Shown here: piece after piece, positions 37,481-49,855 of the stretch
How the letters are laid out: every line of letters starts with the position of its first letter
How positions within the stretch are numbered: the first letter of the stretch is position 1
Assembly (NCBI GenBank): GCA_037447605.1
Contig: CM074804.1
Span: 434,001-498,000 of the forward strand
Length of the DNA stretch: 64,000 nucleotides
Direction: 5' to 3'
DNA from: Zygnema circumcarinatum SAG 698-1b
Taxonomy: Eukaryota; Plantae; Zygnematophyceae
Made by a program: the position numbers and the translations under genes
Notes under the pieces: model-generated
What the model was told of the DNA's origin: nothing
The model's database searches: none
Seen by the model: the letters and a program-made list of their open reading frames with translations, nothing else

Positions 37481-40437
37481 GAGAGGAGGGAGTTTGCTCA
37501 GAGGAACGGGCTGAGCTGATTCCGTAAACGACTTCCGTTTTCAATCATTGAGTCAACTGATATCTAATGAAAAACAGCTTGTTAATGCAACATGTACAAC
37601 TATGATATGTTAACATGTTAATATAACAGCTCTACTTTTGGTTTTCTGCAGCCACATTAGATGCACCAGCTCACTGGTTTATTCGAGCAGAGTACGGAAA
37701 CACGGAACTGGAAGTTGGGCGGGAGCGAGGACCTGAAGATGAATTCGAAGACATTTCCTTCACAATGTAAGGCTTCACATCTCTCACATTCTACTATGGA
37801 AAAGTTCGCATCTATTTCCTCCTTGCCACACTTCCTTCATTATTCAGAGGGATTTTTACTTTAGGAGGTCTTAGAATAGCAGTGTCTTTTTTCTTTCATT
37901 TATCAAACAAACCTTGGAGTTTCAAGAAGTTGCACTAATAAATACATCACCCAATGTTCCTCCTCACTCTTCTTGAGGATTTCTTCACATAGATAGAGAA
38001 ACCACTAGCAATTCAAACACGCAAACACCGTCCGATTTAACCCACTCGCCCTCCCCCATCTTTCCTTTTTCCTTTTTGCACAGGTCTGGGCTGGAGATTC
38101 TCACAGAACCCCTTTTCTTACAGTTTCTCTCTCTGGATAAGTCTACAATTCCTCCCACTGAACACTTTCTTGGGCAGCTCTATGCCGACTTGAGAGGGCT
38201 ACGAGTTGGACAGCGTGAGACAAAGTGGATTGAACTGGAAGAGAAAGATGGGAGCCTTTTGGAAGGAGCCACAGTGAGCATATGTTTAGAGCTCATTGGG
38301 CGAGAGGAGGATGAAGGACCCCCTTTCCAGTTGTGGGTAGAGGTCTCTTCGGGAGCAACAGATGGCTCCAATGGAGGTAATGGAAAGTGTATTGAAAGGA
38401 GGGAAAAAACTTGGATGAATTATTTCACATAGAATTCGTCAGATCTCCCACACTATAGTCGAGGAAATGACGAACTTAACACACATGGGGAGTTGACCTC
38501 CCTTCCTCCCTCCCTCCCTCCCTACTTCCTTCACCCGTCTGCCCCACTCCACCACCCCCATCTTGCTCCCTCGCTCCCTCCTCCTCGCCTCCCGCTCCCA
38601 CCCCCCCTCTCTCCCTCCCACTCCCGCTCCCATTTCCCCTCCCTCTCCCACTCCTCCTCCGGCTCCATTTACTTCTCTTTTTTTAAGTGCACTCGTGTAT
38701 CTGCGATAGCTGTAGTTCTGACCGGCCATAAAAGGAGTGGCTTTCCTTAACTAACGCAGGCGGGTCTGACTGCAGCCTCTCCTTTTGTGGGCTCCTTTCG
38801 AGAACTCGTCCCGAAGAAGAGACCGCAGGTGAAGCGACCGAGGAAATGGGAGCGCTTGAAGCAACAATGGGTCTTACAAGTGTATGATGCAATGACGGTG
38901 GGCTACTCTCTCTCAATCTCTCTCACTCTTTCGCTGCCTCCCTCTCGCTACCTCTTCCCTCGCCCCCACCTCCCCCTCCCCCTTCCCCTCGCCACCCCCC
39001 CTCCCCCCCCCCTCCCCCGCTTCGTCCTGCAAATCTTCAAGAATTTTATAAATTAGGAATCGATTGAGAAGTCGGTTTTCATAAAAATAGTTTGAAATGT
39101 TTAATAAACCCAACATTTTTTTGGAGCTTGGGTTACTGCAGGCGGGTGGGGGAGAGGAGGAGACTAAAAAGGAGCCATCAGCACTCGACCTCGTTCTTCA
39201 CTTTTGCGCCTTTTATTGGAAGCTGCTTTTTGCAGTCATACCTCCTCCTGCTTTCTGGGGAGGCTGGCCTGCTTTCGTAGCCTGTGAGCTCTAAACCTAA
39301 TGTTACCTCTCCACTCTCTCTTTCGCTATGCTTACCTTTTCTTTTGTGACATTCTCAACATCTGCAATTTTAGACGAATGGGGATTGTCTGAAGGGGCTT
39401 TGCAGGTCTGGCAATTATGGGAGGAATCGCAGCCCTTGTAGTAGAATTTGGTCAGCTTTTCGCCTGCGCTTCAGGACTCCCCACTTTTTTCACAGCGATG
39501 ACTTTTGTTGCCGTTGTGGGTCACTCTCCCTCTCCCTCTGATTTCAAGCGTTAACTTCTTCTACGGGTTTTAGAAGCGAGTCCACTGTATTCTCCGTCGC
39601 CTTTTATGACTACCTGCACTCTCACCTCTCAGGCGCATTAAACTTCATCATGCATCCTTCTAGGTACATCATTTATCTTTCCAAATACGTCAAACGATCA
39701 TCATGCATCATTCAAACCACATCAAGCATCACATCACATATTCTAGACTCCATGTCATGTGATGCTTGATGTGTCTGGGACGATGTGGATGGTGTTTTAC
39801 GTGTCTGGAATATGTATGTGAAGTTTGATGTGTCTGGAATCATGCACGATGATGTTTTGATGTGTTTGAGGCAATGTATACTGTGTCTGGAGTGATTCCA
39901 CCACTATATTTGATGTGTCTGAAATGATGTTTGATGAACCCAGTCTCCCACCCCCCTCTCCCTGAACTCATTCCTAATCTGAAGGGATTTCCGAGCATCT
40001 ACTCCAAGAAGAGGGAAATTGACCTAAACATTCTGATTCTTCCCCTGCAGGCCACTTCCCTCCCCGACCTCCTTGCCAGCAGAATTGCGACAGAGCTTTC
40101 TCAGGATGCGGATTCCGCCATAGCCAACATCAACGGCTCCAATAGCGTCAACGTATTTTTGGGCATAGGGCTGCCCTGGCTGATAACTTCTATCTATGAT
40201 CGGACCACAAAAGGAGAGCCGTTCCTCCTCGCGAGCGCGGATATATACGAAGTTAACCTAATAGCCTTCTTCGTTACCTCGGGGCTCTGCATCGGCGTCC
40301 TCGCTCTGAGGAGATATCTAGTGGGAGGGGAGTTGGGGGGTGCTCGAGGCCCCGCTATCGCCACATCGCTGTTTTTTGCCGCTTTATGGGTCGCTTATGT
40401 TGTGTTCTGTGGTTTGAGAGTGTATGGGGTGCTCTAG
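34356..40437 (+). CDS. CaCA-superfamily cation exchanger (NCX/MHX clade) with a C2-like domain in the central cytosolic loop, 12 exons
   Basis: Exons 34356-34480, 35076-35235, 35588-35750, 36037-36215, 36693-36925, 37172-37308, 37652-37766, 38084-38336, 38760-38897, 39142-39283, 39406-39515, 40051-40437; GT-AG and phase-consistent; 713 aa. Alpha-1 repeat NLTLLALGTSAPE...LGPGTILGSAAFN; alpha-2 repeat ATSLPDLLASRIA...ANINGSNSVNVFLGIGLPW; also HFCAFYWKLLFAVIPP. Confidence 0.9.
39640..39930. repeat. Foldback (inverted repeat) built from short subrepeats in an exchanger intron
   Basis: Perfect 17-bp inverted repeat CACATCAAGCATCACAT (39718-39734) / ATGTGATGCTTGATGTG (39757-39773) inside imperfect longer arms; TGATGTGTCTGGA-like units recur on the right arm. 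Confidence 0.75.
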
Positions 40438-41267
40438 CTCTGTGGTTCTTGCACTGATAGCATCAGTTCCAGTTTTAGTTTCAATTTCAATGCCAGTCAC
40501 CTTTCTTTCATGTTGCAGTCCCTGCTTCACCTTGCTCTGTAGGAATTCGTGTGTACATATACTGTAGCGGTGTGGCCAGATGGAGTGCAATTCCCTGGTG
40601 TGGAAATTTGTAATTATTCGAAACCAGGCTTCGGTCGGTCTATTCTTGTGCTCATAATGATATATCATTTTACTTTTGAAGTATAAGTACGCAATTGCTG
40701 TTTGGCCGAAATTGTATGGTGTAGCTGGAGTCGACGGTATTTCTAAAATATAATTAGACACATGAGCATGCATATACATATAAGCCTAGAAACCGTAAAT
40801 CCACACACCGATACGCCCTACTGACACACGATTGGGCGGAAAAACTGGAGGCAGCAGAGGCCACCTTTTTATGGTATTGTATATTGCTCTTTGAGATAGT
40901 TGCATGGAATCCTCCGCAGCGCACTGATTGCTCTCACTAGCGTGGCGCTCCTCTCTCTCAGCTGTGTCTCTCTCTCTCTCCCTCTCCTTTACTCTCTTTC
41001 TCTCTACATCGTACACCTACTTTTCACTTTGCTACCTTTATCTACATCAGCAACTTTGCCAGGTGAACACTGCGTTCAACCTCCTCCATCCTATTGGTAG
41101 TCCACACGCTCCCACTTTGATTACTACTTTTACAAAGAGAGAGGACTAGGAACCCTCTCCCTCTCCTATCAATACCTAAGTCAGCACACCCACTCTCGCC
41201 CCTACACACAGGTGTCATAAATTAGTTTTCCTACACAAAAATCCCCACTCTTCAATGGCTCACCTTG

Positions 41268-44200
41268 TTACAATATGGTCCCCCCGTCCCTCCAATTCCC
41301 GTTTGTTCTTTCCGGGCAGGATCCCACTGACTCCTCAAGTTCACTTCTGTCGTGCCCTTCAGAAACCACAGGTTGAGAAGTGTCCCTTCTTCCCATAGCG
41401 ATGGCAGTCTGCCCGTCCGGCATTATAACAGTCGTGCAAATAACATTCGGGTCCTCAAAGGTCTTCTGACTGCGATCACCAGCAGTCGTCTCTCCCCCCT
41501 CTAAGCCAGCAGAGACTGCATCATAAAGACAAGTGTCATGCAGATAAGTCAGGCGAAGCAGCAGGAAGTAATTTATCACTTTCGCTCTGAGTGCCTACGA
41601 CTTTGGAGCATCCGCAAACCCTTCCCCACTCCCTCTCTCACCTATGACTTTGGAGCATCCGCAAACCCTTCCCCACTCCCTCTCTCACCTATGACTTTGG
41701 AGCAACCTTCTTACTCTCCTTCTTCCTCTCTCTTCTACGACTTTGAGCCTCCTTAACCCTCTTCCTCTCCCTCTCTCACCTACGACTTTGGACCACCCTT
41801 CACCCTCACCCTCGTTCTCCCTCTCTCCTACGAATTTGAAGCATCCTTATCTCCCTCCCCTCTCCATCTCCATCTCTCAGCTACGCGCCTTCGGAGCATT
41901 CTTAACCCTCCCACTTTCTCACTCACCTACGACTATGGAGCATCCTTCATCTCCCTCGTCCTCTCTCTCCCGTACGAATTTCAAGCATCCATAACCCTCT
42001 CCCTCTCTCAAACCCACTCCCTCTCCCACTCTCTTGAACCTACTAATTGCAGGTCCATGGGGCTACAACATTAAACTTATTCCGAGGCTTTTTGAAGTAC
42101 GCACATGCTTGGCCTCCTGCACCAAACTCCCCTCTCTCCACAGCGTTGCGCTCCCTCCCCTTACGCATTCGCAAGTAAAGGATTAGGGCTGAGGCAAGGG
42201 CCAAAGCAAGAGCAAGGCCCCCTCCAGTGGCCCATAGGACCTGCATGAGAACATTGCCATTGCAGCTATGGCCGCTTTCGTGGCACTTGTCAGCAGGGCC
42301 GACCTGCAGCAACATGAGTTCAGCAGACAAAAGATAGAGCTCAGAGACAGAACAGGATAGGGGGAGAGGGAGAGGGAGAGGCGAAGGAGGGCGGAGGGAG
42401 GTGGATGGGTGAGGAGGATGCAGTGAATCGAGGGGTGCGCGAAGGAAAAAAAGACAAAGGAATGCGGGAGGCAAAGGGCGATAAGCGAGCTCAAGAGAAA
42501 AGTCAACTTCTTCAATGCATGGCTGAAGAGAGGTCAAACTTGCAACACTATATCAGCTAGGTTAAGGCTCAGGAAGGGTGAGAGGATCACACACACAGTG
42601 CACGGGATGTCAAGGCTTACCGGAGGTGGATTGTGAGTAAAAATTTGGGGCGAAATCGAATCATTCGCAACAGAAAGTTCCACCAGAGGTTCTATCACAC
42701 TGCGAAGCGCTGTCATCCTGCATTCCACACGTCGAAGAACATGAGCATCAAAGGCAGGATTGTGATTAAATACAGGATAAATTAGCAGCATACCGATAGG
42801 ACATGCTTTCGCCATATTCAATTTCAGAGCCCTGAAATGGGCTAATCTGGTTAAAATGCATCAGAACGGCGCAACCAAAGGGACTATACAACGGACCTGG
42901 CCTCAGGCTGCAAAGAATTCAGGGCCGAAAGCTGCGCAGCCAATTGCGAAGCCGTGTTTTGTCCTGCACTTGAACTTGAAGAGTTTGCCACTGCAGCAAT
43001 CTGAGATGTGGCTCCAAAGAGAAGCCAAAACGCCCATCGGCCATGTTTGGACTCAACTTCATTCGTCCTGTTCAGCACCTGCAATGTCAGAAGATAGCAT
43101 AGACATCTGCTCAGTGGAAATTGCGCAGACTGAATTACCATTTTCCCATCAATGACTCCATTTCTTGGGCACCACCAACTTGACTACTCCTAGGAAATGG
43201 CTTTGCAGGTCACATTTTCGATGTGGTCTGAAGACAGCATGTACTCCGTCGCCTCATCCACGTCCAGATACTCGATGGTGTCAAAAGCCCATAAGAGGAG
43301 GTAAGACCGAGCAGTCCCCATTGTCAGCCCATTCTCCACTGTATCGTTACTCCCTCCCTCCCACAATCCAGAATCAGAAGCGTAAGTGCCGCCCGGGGTC
43401 CCATGGCAAATCTGTGCATCGGCGTCTACTGTCACAGTACAAAGCTTATTTATGTAACTCGTGCCGGGGAATGTGCGATTGATGAGCTCCAAAGTGCCTG
43501 CGGGGGGTAGACAAGGAGAGAGGAAACGGCAGTCATTTTGGTGAAGGTGCGCTTTCATAGAAAGAGGAACTACATAGGATGTGATGCTAGCACAAAACTA
43601 TCAATGAATTCAACGACACAGTAAATGGAATCACTAAACGAGTGAAGGTTGGGCAAATACCTAACAAGACGCAGGCAGCCCCAATAGTGTTTCCTTGCCT
43701 CATCAAATTCTCTGCTTGCTGCTGGGCCTCAATTAGTGCATTTGTTACATTCTGCAAGTGTTTGAAAGTAAATACAGTCAGTACGAGTAATTATCCCCCG
43801 GTCTAAAAGGAAGAATTTCCAGAAAAAAGGGTTTTCGAAACAATGGAATCAAGCAGGACAAGGAATTCGACCATAGCTAAGAGGAGCAACGAATTCAGAG
43901 AGGAGCCATAGGACAAAAACACAAATGAAGACTATTAAGGTTCTTCTTAACATCAAAACAGAGGCCAGTGCAATTAGCCAGGTTAAATCGTACCAATCTC
44001 GAGATTAACGACTAGTATAAGGGCGGGGAACCTCATCTAAAACATTTAAATAATGACTCGGGTGACTTCAAGAGGAGAGATTGCGTCCAAAGCTGGACAT
44101 ATTTGGCCGACAAAGGCGACAATACGTCGAAGTCAGTGCTTAGAGAAAACTTGTGACTGAACTACTAGTTCAATTTTCGAAGTGGTCCATTCAAACTAAG

Positions 44201-44804
44201 GCAGATAAAGAAAAATGCACGTTCGTAATGTCAGCAAGAAATAAGCAAGGACTACTTTCCAGTTCATAGAGGAGCAATAGGACTCAATAGACGCATACTG
44301 ACAGTAAGGCTCAGACAACGAGTAAACCGGTCAAGAGAGGACCCTCTGCAAGAGAGTTTATTAAAAAAGGCTTTGAATAAATTGAATTGAACAGGAAAAA
44401 CAACCATAAACTATTTCAAAAGCCAGCAACTATGTCATGACTCACAAATGAGAGAAGAGAGGAGAACTGATTCGAGGCACACGGACGGAAGAGACACCTG
44501 GCTTAGAGAGAGTCCGATCGTCTAATGGAGATCAGTATTAGGAGCGCTTGTCATCGACAAAAGGCAAATCTCTTAAAGCACTCTGCCAGAACTGACACGC
44601 GTAACCTGCATGCAGAAAGCGCCAACAGAGCCCTAACTGCTGTCCTGCGCGCACCTTCACATTCAAGGTAAGCGCCATCCTGTCAATACATGGCATATTG
44701 CTTCCGGGCTGCTGCTGCTGCTCAAGCCGTCGGGATGCGCATGCGAAATTCCCCAACATAGACACGGCGGAGAGCATAAAAAGCATCAACGAAACGCGCG
44801 CCAT
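41268..44804 (-). CDS. Unknown type I single-pass membrane protein (signal peptide, glycosylated Cys-containing ectodomain, TM helix, cytosolic tail), 7 exons
   Basis: Exons 44804-44655, 43751-43661, 43497-43214, 43078-42897, 42717-42621, 42303-42105, 41515-41268; all GT-AG and in phase; 416 aa. N-terminus MARVSLMLFMLSAVSMLGNFACA; TM segment VLWATGGGLALALALASALILYL followed by RMRK; tail contains TTVIMPDG. Confidence 0.7.
41594..41992. repeat. Degenerate ~47-bp tandem repeat, about 9 copies, in the last intron of the membrane-protein gene
   Basis: CCTA(C/T)GACTTTGGAGCATCC cores at 41594, 41641 and 41688 (period 47), then progressively diverged copies to about 41990. Confidence 0.85.
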
Positions 44805-45084
44805 TGCAGGAACGAGATGTTCCCTCCCTCCCTCCTTACACTACCACCACTTCAGAAATCCAGCCGCCTCTTGTCTTCCAGAACCCTTCCCCTTCCCTCC
44901 CTTCCCCTCTCCTCCCCTCTCCTCCCCTCTCCTCCCCCCTCCCCCTTCCCCCTCTTCCCTCCCCCTCTCCCTCCCGCCCGCCCGCGCCCCCCCGCGGCCG
45001 GAGAGCAGTCCGCCATGGCCTCCCTCCCTTCCTGCACGTCCGCGCCCTACAGGGAGCCCGCCCGCCCGCCTCGCCCTCCTCTAA

Positions 45085-45330
45085 AGCCGTACCGTACGAA
45101 CCACACTTACCGTACTATTTCGTACATTGCAAACTCATGCATGTCCGTATTGACCGTACGTTTATCGTACGGTGAGTTTGTGTCGTACAGTTAATAACGG
45201 TACGGTATCCTTGTCATATGCGGGCACGGTAAGGAAGAGACCGGGGTTTCCGTACGGGCGGCTATTTTGGGGGGGAGGTAGTTCTGGACGGGCGGGGCTG
45301 AGCCGACGGACCGCGGCTGTACGGGAAACG
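45085..45330 (-). promoter_or_regulatory. Dense CGTAC cluster upstream of the membrane-protein gene
   Basis: Ten CGTAC/GTACG sites counted at about 45087, 45092, 45110, 45120, 45154, 45165, 45183, 45200, 45250 and 45319. Confidence 0.6.
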
Positions 45331-45456
45331 GGAAAAAATAAAAAAATTGGGGAAATGGGCCAATGAGTAGCCGACACGTGGTGAAAAGTCGGTCAGGTGC
45401 GGACCAGGCGAGGGCGGGCCGGTAACCGGCGGTTGGCTTACTAGGGCGGCTGTTAG

Positions 45457-45504
45457 GACCGGGCGGGCGACCGGGCGGGCGACCGGGCGGGCGACCGGGC
45501 GGGC
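45457..45504. repeat. 12-bp GC-rich tandem repeat (GACCGGGCGGGC) x4
   Basis: Four perfect units at 45457, 45469, 45481 and 45493. Confidence 0.9.
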
Positions 45505-45817
45505 GGCTTTTATATGGGTACATGGTGGTTATATGGGTATATGTTGGATTGTGATAGAACGCAACCATGAAAAAGTAAGGAGAACTATATACCGCCCCCC
45601 TTTTATGGTTATCCCGCCACTGTTTTTTTGAAATCCGACCCTCCCATTTCGGCTATTCTGCCCCCCTCCCCCATTTTGGATATTTCGGGAGGAGATCGCC
45701 CCCCCGTTTTGAATATTCCTTTCCCGCCCCTCCCGTCCTCTCCCCTCCCCTCCCCTGCCCTCCCCCTCCCCTCNNNNNNNNNNCCCTTCTTCCTCTCGGT
45801 TTGCAATCTCCACACAA

Positions 45818-45985
45818 ATGACCGAGTATAAGACTCGCGATGAGCTTGTACAAGTCTTGACCAAGCACTACAAGAAGGAAGGTTTTCACATCAAGATCGG
45901 CAAGCATAGCGATAGCCGCTGACTCTACCTGCAATGCTTTAGCGGGGGGACTTACGAGGACAGAGGTCTGGAAGAGAGTAGTAAG
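45818..45985 (+). pseudogene. Decayed MULE/FAR1-type transposase N-terminal fragment
   Basis: Translates as MTEYKTRDELVQVLTKHYKKEGFHIKIGKHSDSR*LYLQCFSGGTYEDRGLEESSKKRNIS. This resembles the Mutator N-terminal pattern (S/T)REEL...GF.I.I.RS...YL.C.RGG.Y...RKR.TS; in-frame TGA at 45920. Confidence 0.65.
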
Positions 45986-46299
45986 AAGAGGAATATATCT
46001 CCTCTGCTCTCTCTGCTCTAGTCTTTCTCTCCTCTACTCTCTCTCCTCTGCTCATTCTCTCTCTCTCCTTTGCTCTCTCTTGTGCTCTCTCCTCTAGTCT
46101 CTCTCTCCTTTGCTCTCACTCCTCTACTCACTCTCTTTCTCTCCTTTGCTCTCTCCTCTAGTCTCTCTCTCCTCTACTCTCACTCCTCTGCTCGTTCTCT
46201 CTCCTCTATACTCTCTCTCCTCAGCACTCGCTCATTTGCTCTCTCTCTCTCTCTTCTCTCTCCTTTGCTCTCTCCTGTAGTCTCTCTCCTCTGCTCTCA

Positions 46300-47643
<1,344 letters not shown>

Positions 47644-48290
47644 CTCTCTCTCCTCTAGTTTTTCTCTCCTCTACTCTCTCTCCTTTGCTCTCTCCTGTGC
47701 TCTCTACTCTAGTCTCTCTCTCCTTTGCTCTCACTCCTCTGCTCACTCTCTTTCTCCTTTGCTCTCTCTCTCGAACGTTGCGCTGATGTGTGAGGAGGAG
47801 AAAACGGGGGGGGGGGAATATCCAAAATGGGGGGGGGCGGGATATTTCAAAACAGGGGGCAGAATAGCCGAAATGGGAGGGTCGGATTTCAAAAAAACAG
47901 TGGCGGGATAACCAAAAAAGGGGGGCGGTATATAGTTCTCCAAAAGTAACTGAAGCAACAACTACAACAACCATAATAGCAATGCCTGACAATGTTGTTG
48001 TATAATTTACCAATGCTCCACTCTTTAGTTACCATTTCCCCTTTCGAGGCAAGACACCGTTTTTGATGCTATAAAAATCAACAAACCTCACAAAAACACA
48101 ACACCATGCAATGGCCATAAACAGAGCCATGTTGTGCCATCTTCATGCACATGTTGTACTTGCTCGCATGTGTTGTTCCACATGTCCCAACCATTCGAGA
48201 AGAGGGGCGCCATGGCTGCCCTCCTCAGAAACAGAGCAAAGTGGAGGACCATCCTTCCTCAATCTTCAGCCTTTCCCCTCCATTGCCTTC

Positions 48291-48432
48291 CGTATCGTAT
48301 CGAGCGAATCGTGTTATTTTGTATCGTATCGTATTGCCACGCGACACCAAAATCGTATTGTGCAGCAAGATATTGAAACATGACACATATTCACGTGATA
48401 TGATACGATACGATGCGATACGATACAATACG
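48291..48432. repeat. Short element with (GTATC)n left arm and (GATAC)n right arm (palindromic, MITE-like)
   Basis: CGTATCGTATCG...TGTATCGTATCGTATTG on the left; GATACGATACGATGCGATACGATACAATACG on the right; related TATCG runs at about 8760, 11786-11805 and 58612. Confidence 0.6.
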
Positions 48433-48878
48433 ACCTCCAGGCAGACCAAGCGGCAGAGCGCGAGGAAGGGCAGAGAAGGTCAGCACTGGCATCGTCGCAC
48501 TAGCAGATAAAAGGTACAAAATTTCCTTGCAAGGGATAACATTGCACATATATACACGTCACAGGCGGGGGAGCACGTCACAGGCAGGCAGGCTCGGCTC
48601 CCCTCCATCGCACCATGCTCAGGGAGGGCTAGAAGGTTAGAAGGTTAGAGGCGCCCCAACTTACAGGCAGTTTGTGGTCCCCTCACAAGGAAGTAACCTA
48701 CGGTTCACGGCCCCTAACCGTTTGCTGCTCAGTCGGTCAGTAATCCCGATATCCGTCTTAGTGCATAGGCTGCAACGTTTCCTATAGTCCAAGTGACGCT
48801 GCTACCCCCTCAGCCATCGACGACTTTTTAACGACTGATGCCAAAGAATCTCGCATAATTTCGGTGATAATTTTCTCT

Positions 48879-49855
48879 CTACTCTTCGCGTTTTGATTTC
48901 TTCTCCGCGGCATCCTGTAATGCAGCATGCGCACAAACACAATTGATTTTGATGAGAAAGGACTCACAACAGTACTAAATACTGCCATTAAAGGTATCGA
49001 AATGCTGGCCTGATGATTAATAATGCATGGCAGTCAAAATACAAATTGGACATGCACACCCATTCTGTTATGTCTACATCACGATTTTGGCTGCAGACAA
49101 AATCAGCACGGGGAACCAGTTCCCCATCATCCCCATCAACCGCATCTTTATCCCCATTCACAAAAGGTTTATGGTAGGTATACCTTTGATTCCTTCAACT
49201 CCTCAATAATCTTCGTCAGACGATCGAGATTGTTCTTCAGACGATCGAGATTGTTCTTCAAACGATCGATAATATTTTCCCTTTCGTTCTTAAGGATCCT
49301 CAGACGCTCGAGAACGGACAAATTCTCAGTCGAAGGCGGCGCTGCGGATCGCTCCATTTGCGAAGGGGAGAGGGAGCCCCTTAAATCGCGATACTGCACC
49401 GATAAGACAGGGCACAACCCTGTCGTCAACTTCAGCAAAAATATGGGCCACACAGCAGACTAGCTTTTAAATATGCAGTTTACAAGTCAAAATAACTTTT
49501 GTCTCATAGTGAACACGTAGGATGACAGAATTGAGTTGCACAAAAAGGAATTATAGTTATTCGGGGCGATCTGGCATATGTACGAGAAACTGAAGGGATG
49601 GCTTCCAGTCCAATGATTTTTGGATGGCTTTGATTGAATATTCACTGTCACTCAACAGATCAATCTCCGCTCTTTCATCTCGCAAATGAACTAACGGAAA
49701 TGGAAGAAAACAGCGTGAGCCCTTGCCTCGTCTTCGAGGTCATCGATGCGGTCCAAAACCGGCCGCGATGTTATCTCCGGCTCATACTTTTTCTCGCCGC
49801 CCATACCGGAAACCGCCTCCTTTGCTCGCCGCTTGGCGTTGTCAATAGCCGACAT
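48879..49855 (-). CDS. Small coiled-coil protein of unknown function, 3 exons, first intron GC-AG
   Basis: Exons 49855-49727 (donor AG|GCAAGG), 49393-49184, 48914-48879; all phase 0; 124 aa: MSAIDNAKRRAKEAVSG...DRIDDLEDE YRDLRG...IIDRLKNNLDRLKNNLDRLTKIIEELKESK DAAEKKSKREE*. Confidence 0.55.

Noticed and set aside
37661-37864. Alternative reading MHQLTGLFEQ... for the exchanger loop exon
   Set aside because: Its donor phase leads to a stop in the next exon, whereas the TLDAPAHWF frame joins in phase on both sides.
41594-41992. ~47-bp periodic repeat as a CRISPR array or coding repeat
   Set aside because: Degenerating head-to-tail minisatellite with no spacers, lying in an intron; overlapping ORFs are low-complexity.
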